From positions 118,477 to 182,476 of the forward strand of contig CAZFHY010000005.1 in NCBI GenBank assembly GCA_964519305.1: a stretch of 64,000 nucleotides of DNA. The letters are read 5' to 3'. How positions within the stretch are numbered: the stretch's first letter is position 1; every line of letters starts with the position of its first letter. The position numbers and the translations under genes are program-made. The DNA comes from Candidatus Undinarchaeota archaeon (lineage in GTDB: Archaea > SpSt-1190 > JASMDC01). Positions 31,230 to 40,838 of the stretch are shown here, piece after piece. Below the pieces are notes generated by a model that was given only the letters and a program-made list of their open reading frames with translations, made no database searches and was not told where the DNA came from.

Positions 31230-31761
31230 GTGGTGTCACCACCTTCTCCACTAGGATAAGGCAACGGTTCGGAAGCTTCATTTTGGCCCTGTACAGGGCC
31301 TCCTTGGCCGTGACGATATTCTCTTCATCGGTATACACGGTCATGACTTTCTGTTTGGCCTTCACCCGAGCGGTCCTGCCGATGGGCTTACCGAAGGCCT
31401 TTTTCATGCCGGTCTGGAACCGGTCCGCCCCCGCACCAGTAGCAAGAGGGTTCTCTCGCATGATGTGGTGGGGCCAGACGCGGATCTTCAGACGATATCC
31501 GAGCTTTCCAAGCTGTTTGGTGAGATACTTGTTCGTCGCGACGCGCGCGGCTTCCAGAGCATTATGGCGGAGTTGTTTCCGCTCTGCGGTAACGAGAGAG
31601 ATCTCCGTGTTAAAAGAACCCGATTTATTGCCCATATCGTACATAACGACCTTGGAACCCGGGATTCCTTTGATATACGATTTTCTTGGGAGTCTCTTCG
31701 AAAAACGCGTGTAAGCCGGGTTTTTTACATCCCGGTAGCATTTTGACGGTCTAAGGCCCAT
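31222..31761 (-). CDS. rpl10e: 50S ribosomal protein uL16 (L10e)
   Basis: [34 protein letters not shown]. Confidence 0.96.
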   Translation of the reverse strand: MGLRPSKCYRDVKNPAYTRFSKRLPRKSYIKGIPGSKVVMYDMGNKSGSFNTEISLVTAERKQLRHNALEAARVATNKYLTKQLGKLGYRLKIRVWPHHIMRENPLATGAGADRFQTGMKKAFGKPIGRTARVKAKQKVMTVYTDEENIVTAKEALYRAKMKLPNRCLILVEKVVTPHA

Positions 31762-31863
31762 TTGCGATCCATCTCCTTTGAACGAGTACAGCCGCGGAGA
31801 ACTTCGTGGGATATATAAATCTTGTTATTGGTTCTAGAGACGCGCGCGAGGAGGGGGAAGCGC

Positions 31864-32469
31864 ATGACGAAGGCTATAACTTGCATGAAATGCGGGGCAC
31901 CGCTCCAGCTAACTAATCCCGACGTCAGAACCATCAAGTGCGAGTTCTGTGACGTCATCAACCAGCTCGATACGGAACAGAACCCGGCAAAGATGGGCAA
32001 GTTCGTCCCGAAGAAGACTTCCGCCGGCCCGCTAAAGGTCGGTATGCAGGGCAACTTCCGCGGGCAGCAGCCCTTCACGATCTCAGGTGCCTTAGAGTAC
32101 TCTGAGGACGGTGATACGTGGTATGAGTACATGTGCGAGTTCGCAGACGGCACCCTCGGGTGGCTGCAATATGATGATGGGGACTGGACCATGTACTTCA
32201 AGAAGCGCCTGAAGACCCCCATCCCGCCCGGCGTAAGGGCCAACTCGCGTATCAATATCAACGGGATGTCCGTCACGGTGGAGGAGGTGGGCACCGCCCG
32301 CATCACCCACGTCGAGGGCCAGATCCCATTCGCTGTTGACTACGAAGAGGAGGTCGACTATATCGACGGATGGACGGAGGACGATAAGGCGATCAGCATC
32401 GAGATGGCCGAGGATGAGGTAGAGCTCTTCATCGGTCGCGAGGTTAACCGCCGGATGCTGGGAGTATAG
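31864..32469 (+). CDS. Zn-ribbon plus DUF4178 domain protein
   Basis: CMKCGA...CEFC; LKVGMQG, WYEY, GWLQYDDG, EGQIPF. Confidence 0.75.
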   Translation: MTKAITCMKCGAPLQLTNPDVRTIKCEFCDVINQLDTEQNPAKMGKFVPKKTSAGPLKVGMQGNFRGQQPFTISGALEYSEDGDTWYEYMCEFADGTLGWLQYDDGDWTMYFKKRLKTPIPPGVRANSRININGMSVTVEEVGTARITHVEGQIPFAVDYEEEVDYIDGWTEDDKAISIEMAEDEVELFIGREVNRRMLGV

Positions 32470-32481
32470 GGAGGAGATCAC

Positions 32482-33018
32482 ATGGCTATCGAGTTCGAAC
32501 ACGGTATCAAGGACAAACTCGTCAACCTCATACCGGGGTATGGCGGATATGCAAGCAAGGAGCGCAGAAGGGAGACCGACAGGCTCATCAGGGATAAGGC
32601 AGTGCTCTTCCTTGAGCACGGCAAGGGAGCGGTCGACCAGCTACAGGCCATGCTCCTTCAACTGGGCCAGCGCAACAGCCTCCCCATGGCAGAGAAACTG
32701 CGTAGCCAGATCGATGTGGTGAACGCCACCATCCGCTCGGCCGAGTACGGGTACGGCGGTCTCTTCGACCAGGTCAAGGTCAAGGAGAACACACTGGAAG
32801 GCCTGGCGAACTACGACGGTCGCATCATCATCAAGTCGAAGAACTTCCAGCGTCACTGTGAGGAACTCACCGATAAGGCCATGGGGGCCCCCGATACGGT
32901 GCTCAAGGAGATCCTCGACCTACAGCGTGAGATCGAGGTCATCCGCAAGGATTTCGAACGACGCAAGGATGTCATCAACGGCGTAGTCACCATCGAGGAC
33001 GACGTCGATTTCTCGTAG
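32482..33018 (+). CDS. Conserved hypothetical helical protein
   Basis: IPGYGGY..KE.RRE.D motif and YGYGGLFD; strong RBS (GGAGG). Confidence 0.7.
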   Translation: MAIEFEHGIKDKLVNLIPGYGGYASKERRRETDRLIRDKAVLFLEHGKGAVDQLQAMLLQLGQRNSLPMAEKLRSQIDVVNATIRSAEYGYGGLFDQVKVKENTLEGLANYDGRIIIKSKNFQRHCEELTDKAMGAPDTVLKEILDLQREIEVIRKDFERRKDVINGVVTIEDDVDFS

Positions 33019-33027
33019 GTGTTGCTC

Positions 33028-33444
33028 ATGACCCAGGAAGAAATGGCCATCAAGATCGCGGGCGCCATCGTGGTCCTCGGTATCATCTACTACATCTACA
33101 TGCTCCGTGACAAGCGCCGTCGGGCCGCTATCGCCGCCCATGACGACATCCGTAAAATGATCAACGACCTGCGACGGTCCGCCGAGTACATGGACAGTCG
33201 CATCCAGTGGACGTTCCAGGAGGGGGGCGACTACGAGTCCCTCATCCGCGTGAACCAGATGCTCGCAAAGCTTCAGGAGAAGGGCGACTGGAACATCGCC
33301 GCTTTCAAAGAGAAGCACAACGACGAATGGAACGACGTGCAGAACTCTCTCTCCGAGTGGGTGAAGAAGAAGCCCAACTACGATACGAAGGACGATTTCC
33401 TGCGCGACGTCAAACGACTTGAGGATATAATCCAGAGGTGGTAA
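33028..33444 (+). CDS. Hypothetical single-TM protein
   Basis: N-terminal TM then helical domain; tight operon spacing. Confidence 0.7.
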   Translation: MTQEEMAIKIAGAIVVLGIIYYIYMLRDKRRRAAIAAHDDIRKMINDLRRSAEYMDSRIQWTFQEGGDYESLIRVNQMLAKLQEKGDWNIAAFKEKHNDEWNDVQNSLSEWVKKKPNYDTKDDFLRDVKRLEDIIQRW

Positions 33445-33447
33445 TCA

Positions 33448-34506
33448 ATGCCGATATCAGCCTATACTGTTGAATGGCAGCCCGGAGAGCTCGCGAAGAT
33501 AGTGGACGTGGGGCGAATCCCACACTTCCTCGTCAACGAGTACGAGCGCTGTCTGTTCATCCGCGACGGTAAGATCTATCAGGAATTCGGTGCCGGACGG
33601 CACGTGACCTCGAACATGCCCATCGTGGGCAGTTCTCAGTTCGTGTACGTGCGACTGCGACCCTTCGAGTTCAAGTGGGGCCTGCCCGAAACGTTCTCCA
33701 AGGACAACGTTCGAGTAGGGGCATTCGGCACCATGGAACTGCAGATCAGCGATTCAAAGCTGTTCTACACTCAGGTGCTGGCCGGGAAGCCCTTGTACAA
33801 CACGCAGATGCTCCGAGCACAGCTCATGGACAACATCCAGGGGGTCATCCGTTCAGAGCTATCCAACCTCGATGTCAAGCAGATCTACGTCGAGAGGGAC
33901 GTGCTCATCTCTGTCGTTCGCGCCAAGCTCCAGGAGCTCTTCGGCGTCCGCGGTATCGACTACAAGCGCCTTGAGATCCAGGGCGTGAACGTTCCCGACA
34001 ACATCAAGGAGGCGCTGGAGTCGCTGAAACTCCAGGAGATCTCCATGATGAAGAAGAAGTCGGAGATGTCCGTAGAGATGGAGCGGATGAAGATGGCCCA
34101 GGAGATGGGCATCGATGCTCTCAAGCTCAAGGAGATGGAGATCCTCGAGAAGAGCCCCGACATCCTCGGCAAGAAGTACGAGAAGGAATCGTACCAGCAG
34201 GCCATGCAGGCATCCCGCACGTCCAACGTAAATGTGGGCGTCATGGGTCAGCCTCAGATGTCCCCTGATCAGCAGATGTGGCAGCAGCAGATGATGATGC
34301 AGCAGCAGCAGCGTCAACAGATGGCAACACGGCAGTGGCAGCAGCAGCCCATGCAGGGCGCACCACAGCCCGCAGCCCCTGCAGCAGCACCCGCCGGCGA
34401 CGACATCGGGACCAAGCTCAACAAGCTCAAGGGACTCTTCGAGCAGGGACTAATCAGCGAGCAGGAGTACGCCCAGAAGAAGCAGGAGCTGATGTCCAAC
34501 TTCTAG
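33448..34506 (+). CDS. SPFH/Band-7 domain protein with Gln/Met-rich linker and C-terminal SHOCT
   Basis: LFIRDGK, FKWG, GAFGT, coiled coil, KLNKLKGLFEQGLISEQEYAQKKQEL. Confidence 0.85.
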   Translation: MPISAYTVEWQPGELAKIVDVGRIPHFLVNEYERCLFIRDGKIYQEFGAGRHVTSNMPIVGSSQFVYVRLRPFEFKWGLPETFSKDNVRVGAFGTMELQISDSKLFYTQVLAGKPLYNTQMLRAQLMDNIQGVIRSELSNLDVKQIYVERDVLISVVRAKLQELFGVRGIDYKRLEIQGVNVPDNIKEALESLKLQEISMMKKKSEMSVEMERMKMAQEMGIDALKLKEMEILEKSPDILGKKYEKESYQQAMQASRTSNVNVGVMGQPQMSPDQQMWQQQMMMQQQQRQQMATRQWQQQPMQGAPQPAAPAAAPAGDDIGTKLNKLKGLFEQGLISEQEYAQKKQELMSNF

Positions 34507-35099
34507 GGTACGAGAGGCATCGGTGGTCGGGGCAATCGTGAGTCGGGCCAGTTCCCATACTCTTCTCTGAATAGTATCAGGGTCACGTTCCCATCTTGGG
34601 CGGTCCCTGTTACGAGGCTGCATCTGACGTCCGAGCGACACGCGTTGTAGCCACGCTTATTACCCGCTTCCAGGAACGGACGACCCACGGGGCCCGCGGT
34701 CATGTAGTAGTCGAGCCCGTGAGGCCCCAGATTATTCTCGACGAAGGGCCCCATCTCCCTATCGATCGCCACGGGTACGTAGTCGACCGCGTCTTGGGTA
34801 TCTATCTTCCCACCTCTGGCAGCGTGTTGGAGCAGTTGACGTATCGTTATGTTCCCCTCCAGACCCTCATCCGTTCCTGAGAGCAGTATCGAGAGCATGT
34901 GTCCTGCGATGAGAGTGAGAGCGTCTCCTTCGAAGTCTCTTGCGTACGACAAGCGGTCGTCGGTTTCCCAGCGGAGCCCTTGCAGCTCTTGCTCGAGCTC
35001 GGTCTTGTCCCGGACGAGGCTGACGCACTTGGCGAGGAGGACGATGCACGCGATGAGGAGCAGGATGATAACGACGACAGCAGGTTTGTTCAATGACAT
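34503..35099 (-). CDS. Membrane-anchored protein, paralog of 36095-36643
   Basis: TM plus coiled coil; C-terminal domain aligns by eye with the 36095-36643 product. Confidence 0.7.
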   Translation of the reverse strand: MSLNKPAVVVIILLLIACIVLLAKCVSLVRDKTELEQELQGLRWETDDRLSYARDFEGDALTLIAGHMLSILLSGTDEGLEGNITIRQLLQHAARGGKIDTQDAVDYVPVAIDREMGPFVENNLGPHGLDYYMTAGPVGRPFLEAGNKRGYNACRSDVRCSLVTGTAQDGNVTLILFREEYGNWPDSRLPRPPMPLVP

Positions 35100-35112
35100 T
35101 TCATGAAGCCCC

Positions 35113-36117
35113 CTAGTTCCCCGGAAGGAATTGTCCCCCCTCAACGAGCGCACGCTTGAGCGTCAGCACCCGCAGATCGTCCATGGTGACGTCCTCATCG
35201 CCAGCAAGAGCCTCCAATGTACCGGGCGGTAGCCCTTCTCCGCCATTGAGCTTCTCTTCGGGTCCCAGAGCATCCGGGTGGGAGCAGCGAAGAAGGTGTA
35301 GGATGAGGCGATTCCTTACCCTGAGATAGAATGCCCCTAAAGCCTCACGATCACCGACACCTGCCACCCCTGCTTCGCCCACCATGAGGGATAATCGGGA
35401 TGATCGGATAAAACCGTGTACTCCCAAGGCGCGGTCCAGCCCTTTCAGTGCTGCGCCCCGAGCACCGTGTTCGTCTGCGGCCACCCCACAGAACGTGACT
35501 CGCTGACCACTGGCCTCCAGCTCCTGACAGACGAAGGACGCGAGCTTCCGAAGGTCCTGAGGTCGTCCCGTGACAAGAAAGGAATCGAGCGCTGTGCCTG
35601 ACGACCATTCGACAAGGACGTCCAGGGCAGAGGATATGTACACGAAAAGGTGATTGATGAGCCAACGGAACATTGCCAGCCACCCTCTGCCGATGGAGAT
35701 GAGCACGAGACCAATTGCGTCCATTACAGTGCCGGTCTCCAGGAGGAGCTGGTCCACACCCCCCCGCACTTCGGCATAGGTCCGCGGATAATAACGGTTG
35801 CGGCGCCGGTATGCATCGTTCGCACCGTGCAGGATTCCCATTATCAGGGGGAGCAGCACGAGGATCATGAAGCGGAAACTGATACCGAAAGCCCGGCGAG
35901 TGGCATATGACGCGATGCGATCCAGCCAGGGGATATGCTCGACGAAGGGGATATATGGTGCGATGAACACCAGCATCCAGAACCACGATACAGCAAGGCT
36001 CAACCGCGCCAAGAGGTCGCCCGAGCGCTGAGTGCGGATAATATGACCATAGAGCGTTACCCAGTCCGCGAACGCCCGCAACATGACATTCACCTCATGT
36101 GCACTGGCCCTTGCCAT
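35113..36117 (-). CDS. Hypothetical multi-TM membrane protein
   Basis: Several hydrophobic segments; co-oriented and overlapping within the pilin-like operon. Confidence 0.6.
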   Translation of the reverse strand: MARASAHEVNVMLRAFADWVTLYGHIIRTQRSGDLLARLSLAVSWFWMLVFIAPYIPFVEHIPWLDRIASYATRRAFGISFRFMILVLLPLIMGILHGANDAYRRRNRYYPRTYAEVRGGVDQLLLETGTVMDAIGLVLISIGRGWLAMFRWLINHLFVYISSALDVLVEWSSGTALDSFLVTGRPQDLRKLASFVCQELEASGQRVTFCGVAADEHGARGAALKGLDRALGVHGFIRSSRLSLMVGEAGVAGVGDREALGAFYLRVRNRLILHLLRCSHPDALGPEEKLNGGEGLPPGTLEALAGDEDVTMDDLRVLTLKRALVEGGQFLPGN

Positions 36118-36643
36118 CAGTGCTTGTCCAGCATGTACGGAAGATGAACAGGTAGATGTCCTCGAACTGGTCGGTATACGCCTGCAAACGGCATTTGGGA
36201 TCGGTCTTGCACTTATTGTACTTCTCATAGTCGCCTGCGGTGAGGATAGGCCTGTCAATCGAACCCACGTAAAGGTAGTAGTGCATACTGTATCGCTCCA
36301 GGAAGCGATTGGAGAACATCCGCATCTTCTTATGGATCACTGGAGGTGTGTAGGTCTTGGCGTCCTTGATGCCCACCTTCTTGTCCTCCTTGGCCGATTT
36401 GATGAGGTCATAGATCGTTATATGCTGCTCAAGGTCGTCATCCGTAGCCGACAGCAGACCCAGGAGAGCGTTGTTCACCATACGGTCGAAGAACTTCTTC
36501 TCGATACCATAGGCGCCCGCTGTGAGCGACTGTCGCACGAGCATGATCGTGGCCACCATGATGACGGCTGCGATGAGCACCACCCCAAGCATGCCTGCCT
36601 GGGAACGCCGGGAACCGATGAACAGTCTTCGTCTCGTCACCAT
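36095..36643 (-). CDS. Pilin-like protein (class III signal peptide-like)
   Basis: RRSQAG followed by MLGVVLIAAVIMVATIMLV. Confidence 0.6.
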   Translation of the reverse strand: MVTRRRLFIGSRRSQAGMLGVVLIAAVIMVATIMLVRQSLTAGAYGIEKKFFDRMVNNALLGLLSATDDDLEQHITIYDLIKSAKEDKKVGIKDAKTYTPPVIHKKMRMFSNRFLERYSMHYYLYVGSIDRPILTAGDYEKYNKCKTDPKCRLQAYTDQFEDIYLFIFRTCWTSTDGKGQCT

Positions 36644-36647
36644 GGTA

Positions 36648-37646
36648 TCACCAGTCGTACTCGATCGCCGCCACCCGCAGCACGGCCAGATGCACGGGCT
36701 TGGTCCGCAGGGTGGTCGGTCGGCCGTCGCAGTAGTATGAGATGGCCGCAGGGAACTCGTAGATTATCTTTCGCTTGATGACCTTCTTCTGACGTCCCTC
36801 TCGCAGGGCCTGGAGGTCACGATCGGATGGGCCGATACGCCAGTAGGCACAGCGCATGCAGTCGATGTTAACATGAACGCTGGGATCCATAAGGTTGGTA
36901 CCGGGAGCAGGATCGGGTGTCAGCCACCCAGGATGTGCAGCAGCACAGTTCTTGGGATAAGGGGTTGCCGATGGATTGGGGCGCACGGGAACGCACATAT
37001 CCCCGGTCGATCCTACCGATGAGACAGTCCGGTCCCAGTTCACTGTTCCGGGGGAACAATCGAACTGTTGTCGTTCCTCCTTGCGGCAGTTAGAGAGCCG
37101 TACCTCGCCCTTGGTATCGTCGCCGACACGGCACTTGACCGCGTCATTCTGACATCGTCGGATCTCCCGTTCACGGTCCTCACGTGTGGGCTCCTCATCG
37201 GCCCTCAAGCGGCACTCCGAAGCGGTCCCTTCACAATCCTCCATGTCCTGAGCATAGTCCTTGTAACACTTGTCGATCTTCTCGCGATAGTCACCCTCGA
37301 GATCGAACACCTCTATCTCCCAGTCGATCCGGTTCTCCTGAAGGTACTCCTTGAGGTCATCGTAGTTTGCAGTGGAGAGCTTGATGGGATCGAACACGGC
37401 CGTCTTCTTCTGACCCGATGGGCTCGATGCCACAAGGAACTCGGAGGACGACACGCGCTCGGCTATCTCGAAGACCATATCATGAGCAGTAGCGGAGAAC
37501 TTGCTCATGTTCATGGAGCGCTGGACCTTTGCCACCATCATGATGAAGAAGAAGAACATGAAGAACAGGAAGAACATGGTCATGTACATCTCGATGGTGT
37601 TCATCGAGAGGCCGCGCCTATCCCTGAGAAGGTCACGTCGTACCAT
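36648..37646 (-). CDS. Cys-rich pilin-like protein (class III signal peptide)
   Basis: DRRG followed by LSMNTIEMYMTMFFLFFMFFFFIMMV. Confidence 0.7.
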   Translation of the reverse strand: MVRRDLLRDRRGLSMNTIEMYMTMFFLFFMFFFFIMMVAKVQRSMNMSKFSATAHDMVFEIAERVSSSEFLVASSPSGQKKTAVFDPIKLSTANYDDLKEYLQENRIDWEIEVFDLEGDYREKIDKCYKDYAQDMEDCEGTASECRLRADEEPTREDREREIRRCQNDAVKCRVGDDTKGEVRLSNCRKEERQQFDCSPGTVNWDRTVSSVGSTGDMCVPVRPNPSATPYPKNCAAAHPGWLTPDPAPGTNLMDPSVHVNIDCMRCAYWRIGPSDRDLQALREGRQKKVIKRKIIYEFPAAISYYCDGRPTTLRTKPVHLAVLRVAAIEYDW

Positions 37647-37649
37647 ATC

Positions 37650-39104
37650 TCAAACCCTCGGGAGGCTGCATTCCAGCAGCTTCGATTGTTTAGAGGATAG
37701 CCGGCCACCGATGCTCTGGGTGACAATGCAGTTGGAGAGGGCGGAAGCATCCGGCGGGGCGTGGGTGCAGTACTGATCATCATAGAGCACAGGATCGCTC
37801 ATCCCGTCCAGGGTCTCAAGAAGGATACGGGGATCACGGTAGCTCTCGAGCGCCGCGAGGATCAACTCGAGCTCGGTCTGAACCTCATTGAGATAGAACT
37901 TCTGGTCCTTGTCATAACTGCCGCTAAGGGGACAGGGGCAGTCCTGGCCTTTAGGACAGAATATACGCTTGAGGACCTCCGTCTTGCGCTTTGTACGGTT
38001 TATGTAGGAATAGAGCTGGTTATATTGATAGGCTGCCGCGTAAAAGGGTCCGTCTGGAGAAACCACGTACTGCAGTAGCGGGTAGGCGTTCTGAGTTGGG
38101 CAGAAGTAGTAAGCGAAATCGTGCTCGTCGAAAGTCTCCTGATTGAACACATTGAGCTCGAACCGCGTACGATAGGGACAGTCGCGGTGGGCGTCGTTGG
38201 TAGAGCGCTGGAGCACGATTACATCGGTCGCGTTCACTCGCGGGATGGCTGCAGCGACCTCTGCTTTGATATCGTCCGGTTGCCGGTTGGACTGGGTGAT
38301 GACTACCACGACCTTCTTGGCGTTCTGGTTCGGGAAGAATATGCCTTTGGCATTTGTGTTCAGGATGTGCTCGATCACGTTGTAATCACATGCGCTCTCG
38401 AGCCCCGCCCGCTTGCGGACCATGTCCAGATCGAAGGCGTACGAGATGGTCAGCGACTTCTTCTTGGTGAAGAACATGTACTCCCTATCGCCCGGGATTA
38501 TGACCTCGTCGTAGTTGGAAAGCGAATCTGTGATCTTCGAGATTAACTCCTTCTGACGTTGTGACTCGTCCTCATGTCCCGTTGCACCAACGCAGTCAGG
38601 GATGATTATCATCTCTAGTGGCGGGTAGATGAGCACGATGTTCGTGGTCATGGACACCGATGAGAACGTATTGGCCATGGAGAACTTCTTGATAGCGAGC
38701 TGCTTGAACTGGGGGTACCTGATCTCTGAAGAGATTATGTTCCGTGCCGAGAGGGTGAGGTCGACCTTCGAGTCACCCAGGTCGATGAAGAGCTTCTTCT
38801 TGAGAAGGGGTTCGCCCTCCGCCTGAGGCACGATCTCGTCCTCGAATGATAGCGAGTACTTTTCCTTGCCAAAAGAGGGGAGAGAGTATACCTGCTCCAT
38901 CTCAGAAGGTGATCCTATTGCGATCGAGATGAAGTTGTTAATGCCTGAGATAAGGGCCTGGCCGGTAGAGATGTGCAGGACCTCTGACTCGCCGACCATG
39001 AACCGGTAAGCGAGCATGAAGAACACAGCGCCCGCCATCATACCCATGATGACCGTGAACCACCATGCAATGCTCCCGCGTCGTCCTGTCCAGAGGTCCA
39101 TCAT
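37650..39104 (-). CDS. Large pilin-like protein (class III signal peptide)
   Basis: GRRG followed by SIAWWFTVIMGMMAGAVFFMLAY. Confidence 0.7.
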   Translation of the reverse strand: MMDLWTGRRGSIAWWFTVIMGMMAGAVFFMLAYRFMVGESEVLHISTGQALISGINNFISIAIGSPSEMEQVYSLPSFGKEKYSLSFEDEIVPQAEGEPLLKKKLFIDLGDSKVDLTLSARNIISSEIRYPQFKQLAIKKFSMANTFSSVSMTTNIVLIYPPLEMIIIPDCVGATGHEDESQRQKELISKITDSLSNYDEVIIPGDREYMFFTKKKSLTISYAFDLDMVRKRAGLESACDYNVIEHILNTNAKGIFFPNQNAKKVVVVITQSNRQPDDIKAEVAAAIPRVNATDVIVLQRSTNDAHRDCPYRTRFELNVFNQETFDEHDFAYYFCPTQNAYPLLQYVVSPDGPFYAAAYQYNQLYSYINRTKRKTEVLKRIFCPKGQDCPCPLSGSYDKDQKFYLNEVQTELELILAALESYRDPRILLETLDGMSDPVLYDDQYCTHAPPDASALSNCIVTQSIGGRLSSKQSKLLECSLPRV

Positions 39105-39174
39105 CAGTACCCGATGGCTCGGTCCTCCCTATTGTACGGTGTCCTCCCCAGGCTATATACCTTGGCGCTCCGCA

Positions 39175-39825
39175 TCACGTCCCCTCCTTAAGGCGTCCGG
39201 ATTCCTTCAGTGCTGTGAGAAGGTCCCCCTCACACTCGTTCTCCGCGGCAGCGGCGCTCTCGAGCGATGATGGCATTGTCGTCAGTCTACATACCATGGA
39301 TTTCCCTCGGAGCAGTTCTGCCTCGGCCTTGAGGGCCTCCTCTGTCACGGCGTATCCAGTGACCACCATCTCTACATTACATCGCCCATCGCTGCCATCC
39401 AGGATGCGGAACTGCACGGACATGCCCCCTGCATCGAGACCTGTCCGGGCCGGGCGACAGTTTGCGAACCTCGTTCTGAAGCTCTCCGGATCGCCGGTAC
39501 AGTCCATCTCCATCACGAACAGGTAATAGTATCCGGCCGTCAGCAGCAGGATACCGCACAGGATTAGGAAGAGCACGGCCGGGAGCATGGACGGTTTCCC
39601 ACGTCGGGCGCGATGCTTGGCAATGGGTGGCGGTGGCGCCTCGGGCTCGGATACTTCGTCAACGCTCTCTTCGACCTCCTCTGTCGCTCCCCCGAGCAAG
39701 CGGTCTAAAGCACCGTCCACGTCGTCCTGCTCATAACCGGCCTCCTTCAGACGTTCGCGGACCTCGTCCTCGGTATAGCCGTCCTTGAAGCAGTCCTTGA
39801 TGTAATCCTCGAGCGCATCGCCCAT
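39175..39825 (-). CDS. Single-TM protein with N-terminal small helical domain
   Basis: DYIKDCFKDGYTEDEVRERLKEAGY, TM helix, Cys-containing outer domain. Confidence 0.7.
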   Translation of the reverse strand: MGDALEDYIKDCFKDGYTEDEVRERLKEAGYEQDDVDGALDRLLGGATEEVEESVDEVSEPEAPPPPIAKHRARRGKPSMLPAVLFLILCGILLLTAGYYYLFVMEMDCTGDPESFRTRFANCRPARTGLDAGGMSVQFRILDGSDGRCNVEMVVTGYAVTEEALKAEAELLRGKSMVCRLTTMPSSLESAAAAENECEGDLLTALKESGRLKEGT

Positions 39826-39871
39826 TGATAGGTGATTGAAAACGGGCTATCTTTAAGTTGATTATGATGAT

Positions 39872-39905
39872 GGCCGGGGGGCCGCGCGCGGCACGACCCC
39901 CGGCC
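39872..39905 (-). terminator. GC hairpin downstream of the pilin-like gene 39927-40760
   Basis: GGCCGGGGG ... CCCCCGGCC inverted repeat. Confidence 0.5.
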
Positions 39906-39926
39906 TATTCATCCTTTCCTCTTCTT

Positions 39927-40760
39927 CTACTCTTCGCTGTGCACCTGAAGGTGGAAAGCCGCCGAGTCGTACCAGAGGTAGCAGCCCTGCGCGTTGTTCC
40001 CCGAACACTTGTCCACTGGGTTCTGACGGCAGTTCTCGGGGATACAGGCATTACATCCCTCGCCCCATTCCTTGCAGATACCGTCCTCGAAACCACCAGG
40101 GCAGGAGGGCTTGTACTCGCACACTTCGACCGTGAACGCCCAGCGGCCGTTAGGGGCCTCGAGCGGGTCGCGCGGGAGCTCAAGAGAGACCTTGACATCG
40201 TTGGCCTGTTCGCCATCGACGCGGATACCGGCCTCGCCCACGAACCAGTTGTTGGGCTTACACTTGCCCGCACCGGCCCAGCACGACTGAGGTGTGTACC
40301 GCTTCAGCTTCTTCTTCAACTGGTCCTCATCCGTCACTGATGTCCAGTCCGTCCCCGATGACAGCGATCCTGACATAGAGCTCTTGGAGATCTCAATGCT
40401 ATACGATCCAGGGCCGTCAAGGCCCAGCAGATGCGGGAACACACAGAAGCATTTGGTCTCGGGGCTGATATTGTTAATTACCACCGAGATATCGCGTCTC
40501 CGCTCCTTTCGTGTCATTTTAATCGAGGTGGGAATCGACAGCATGACCTTCTCGTTCTTGGTCTTGATATCGTTAAGGATGCGTTCACGCATCGTGTCCG
40601 ATACCTCGTCCGACATCCCCATGATGCTGCTTGCCATTTTACTGATGTACTTTACACCGACGGTCAGCATCAGACCGCCCAGGATAACCATCACTAAGAA
40701 AGTGAAAGACATCTGGATGGTACCCCTCTTGTTCAGGAACCCTTTACGCATGGTATTCAC
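39927..40760 (-). CDS. Cys-rich pilin-like protein (class III signal peptide)
   Basis: NKRG followed by TIQMSFTFLVMVILGGLMLTVGV. Confidence 0.72.
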   Translation of the reverse strand: MNTMRKGFLNKRGTIQMSFTFLVMVILGGLMLTVGVKYISKMASSIMGMSDEVSDTMRERILNDIKTKNEKVMLSIPTSIKMTRKERRRDISVVINNISPETKCFCVFPHLLGLDGPGSYSIEISKSSMSGSLSSGTDWTSVTDEDQLKKKLKRYTPQSCWAGAGKCKPNNWFVGEAGIRVDGEQANDVKVSLELPRDPLEAPNGRWAFTVEVCEYKPSCPGGFEDGICKEWGEGCNACIPENCRQNPVDKCSGNNAQGCYLWYDSAAFHLQVHSEE

Positions 40761-40838
40761 CTTAATAGACCGTGAACACGTTTACTCTTTAAATAGCTCT
40801 TGTTAGGGTTGTGTGTTAGATAGCACTCGCGGGTCCCG

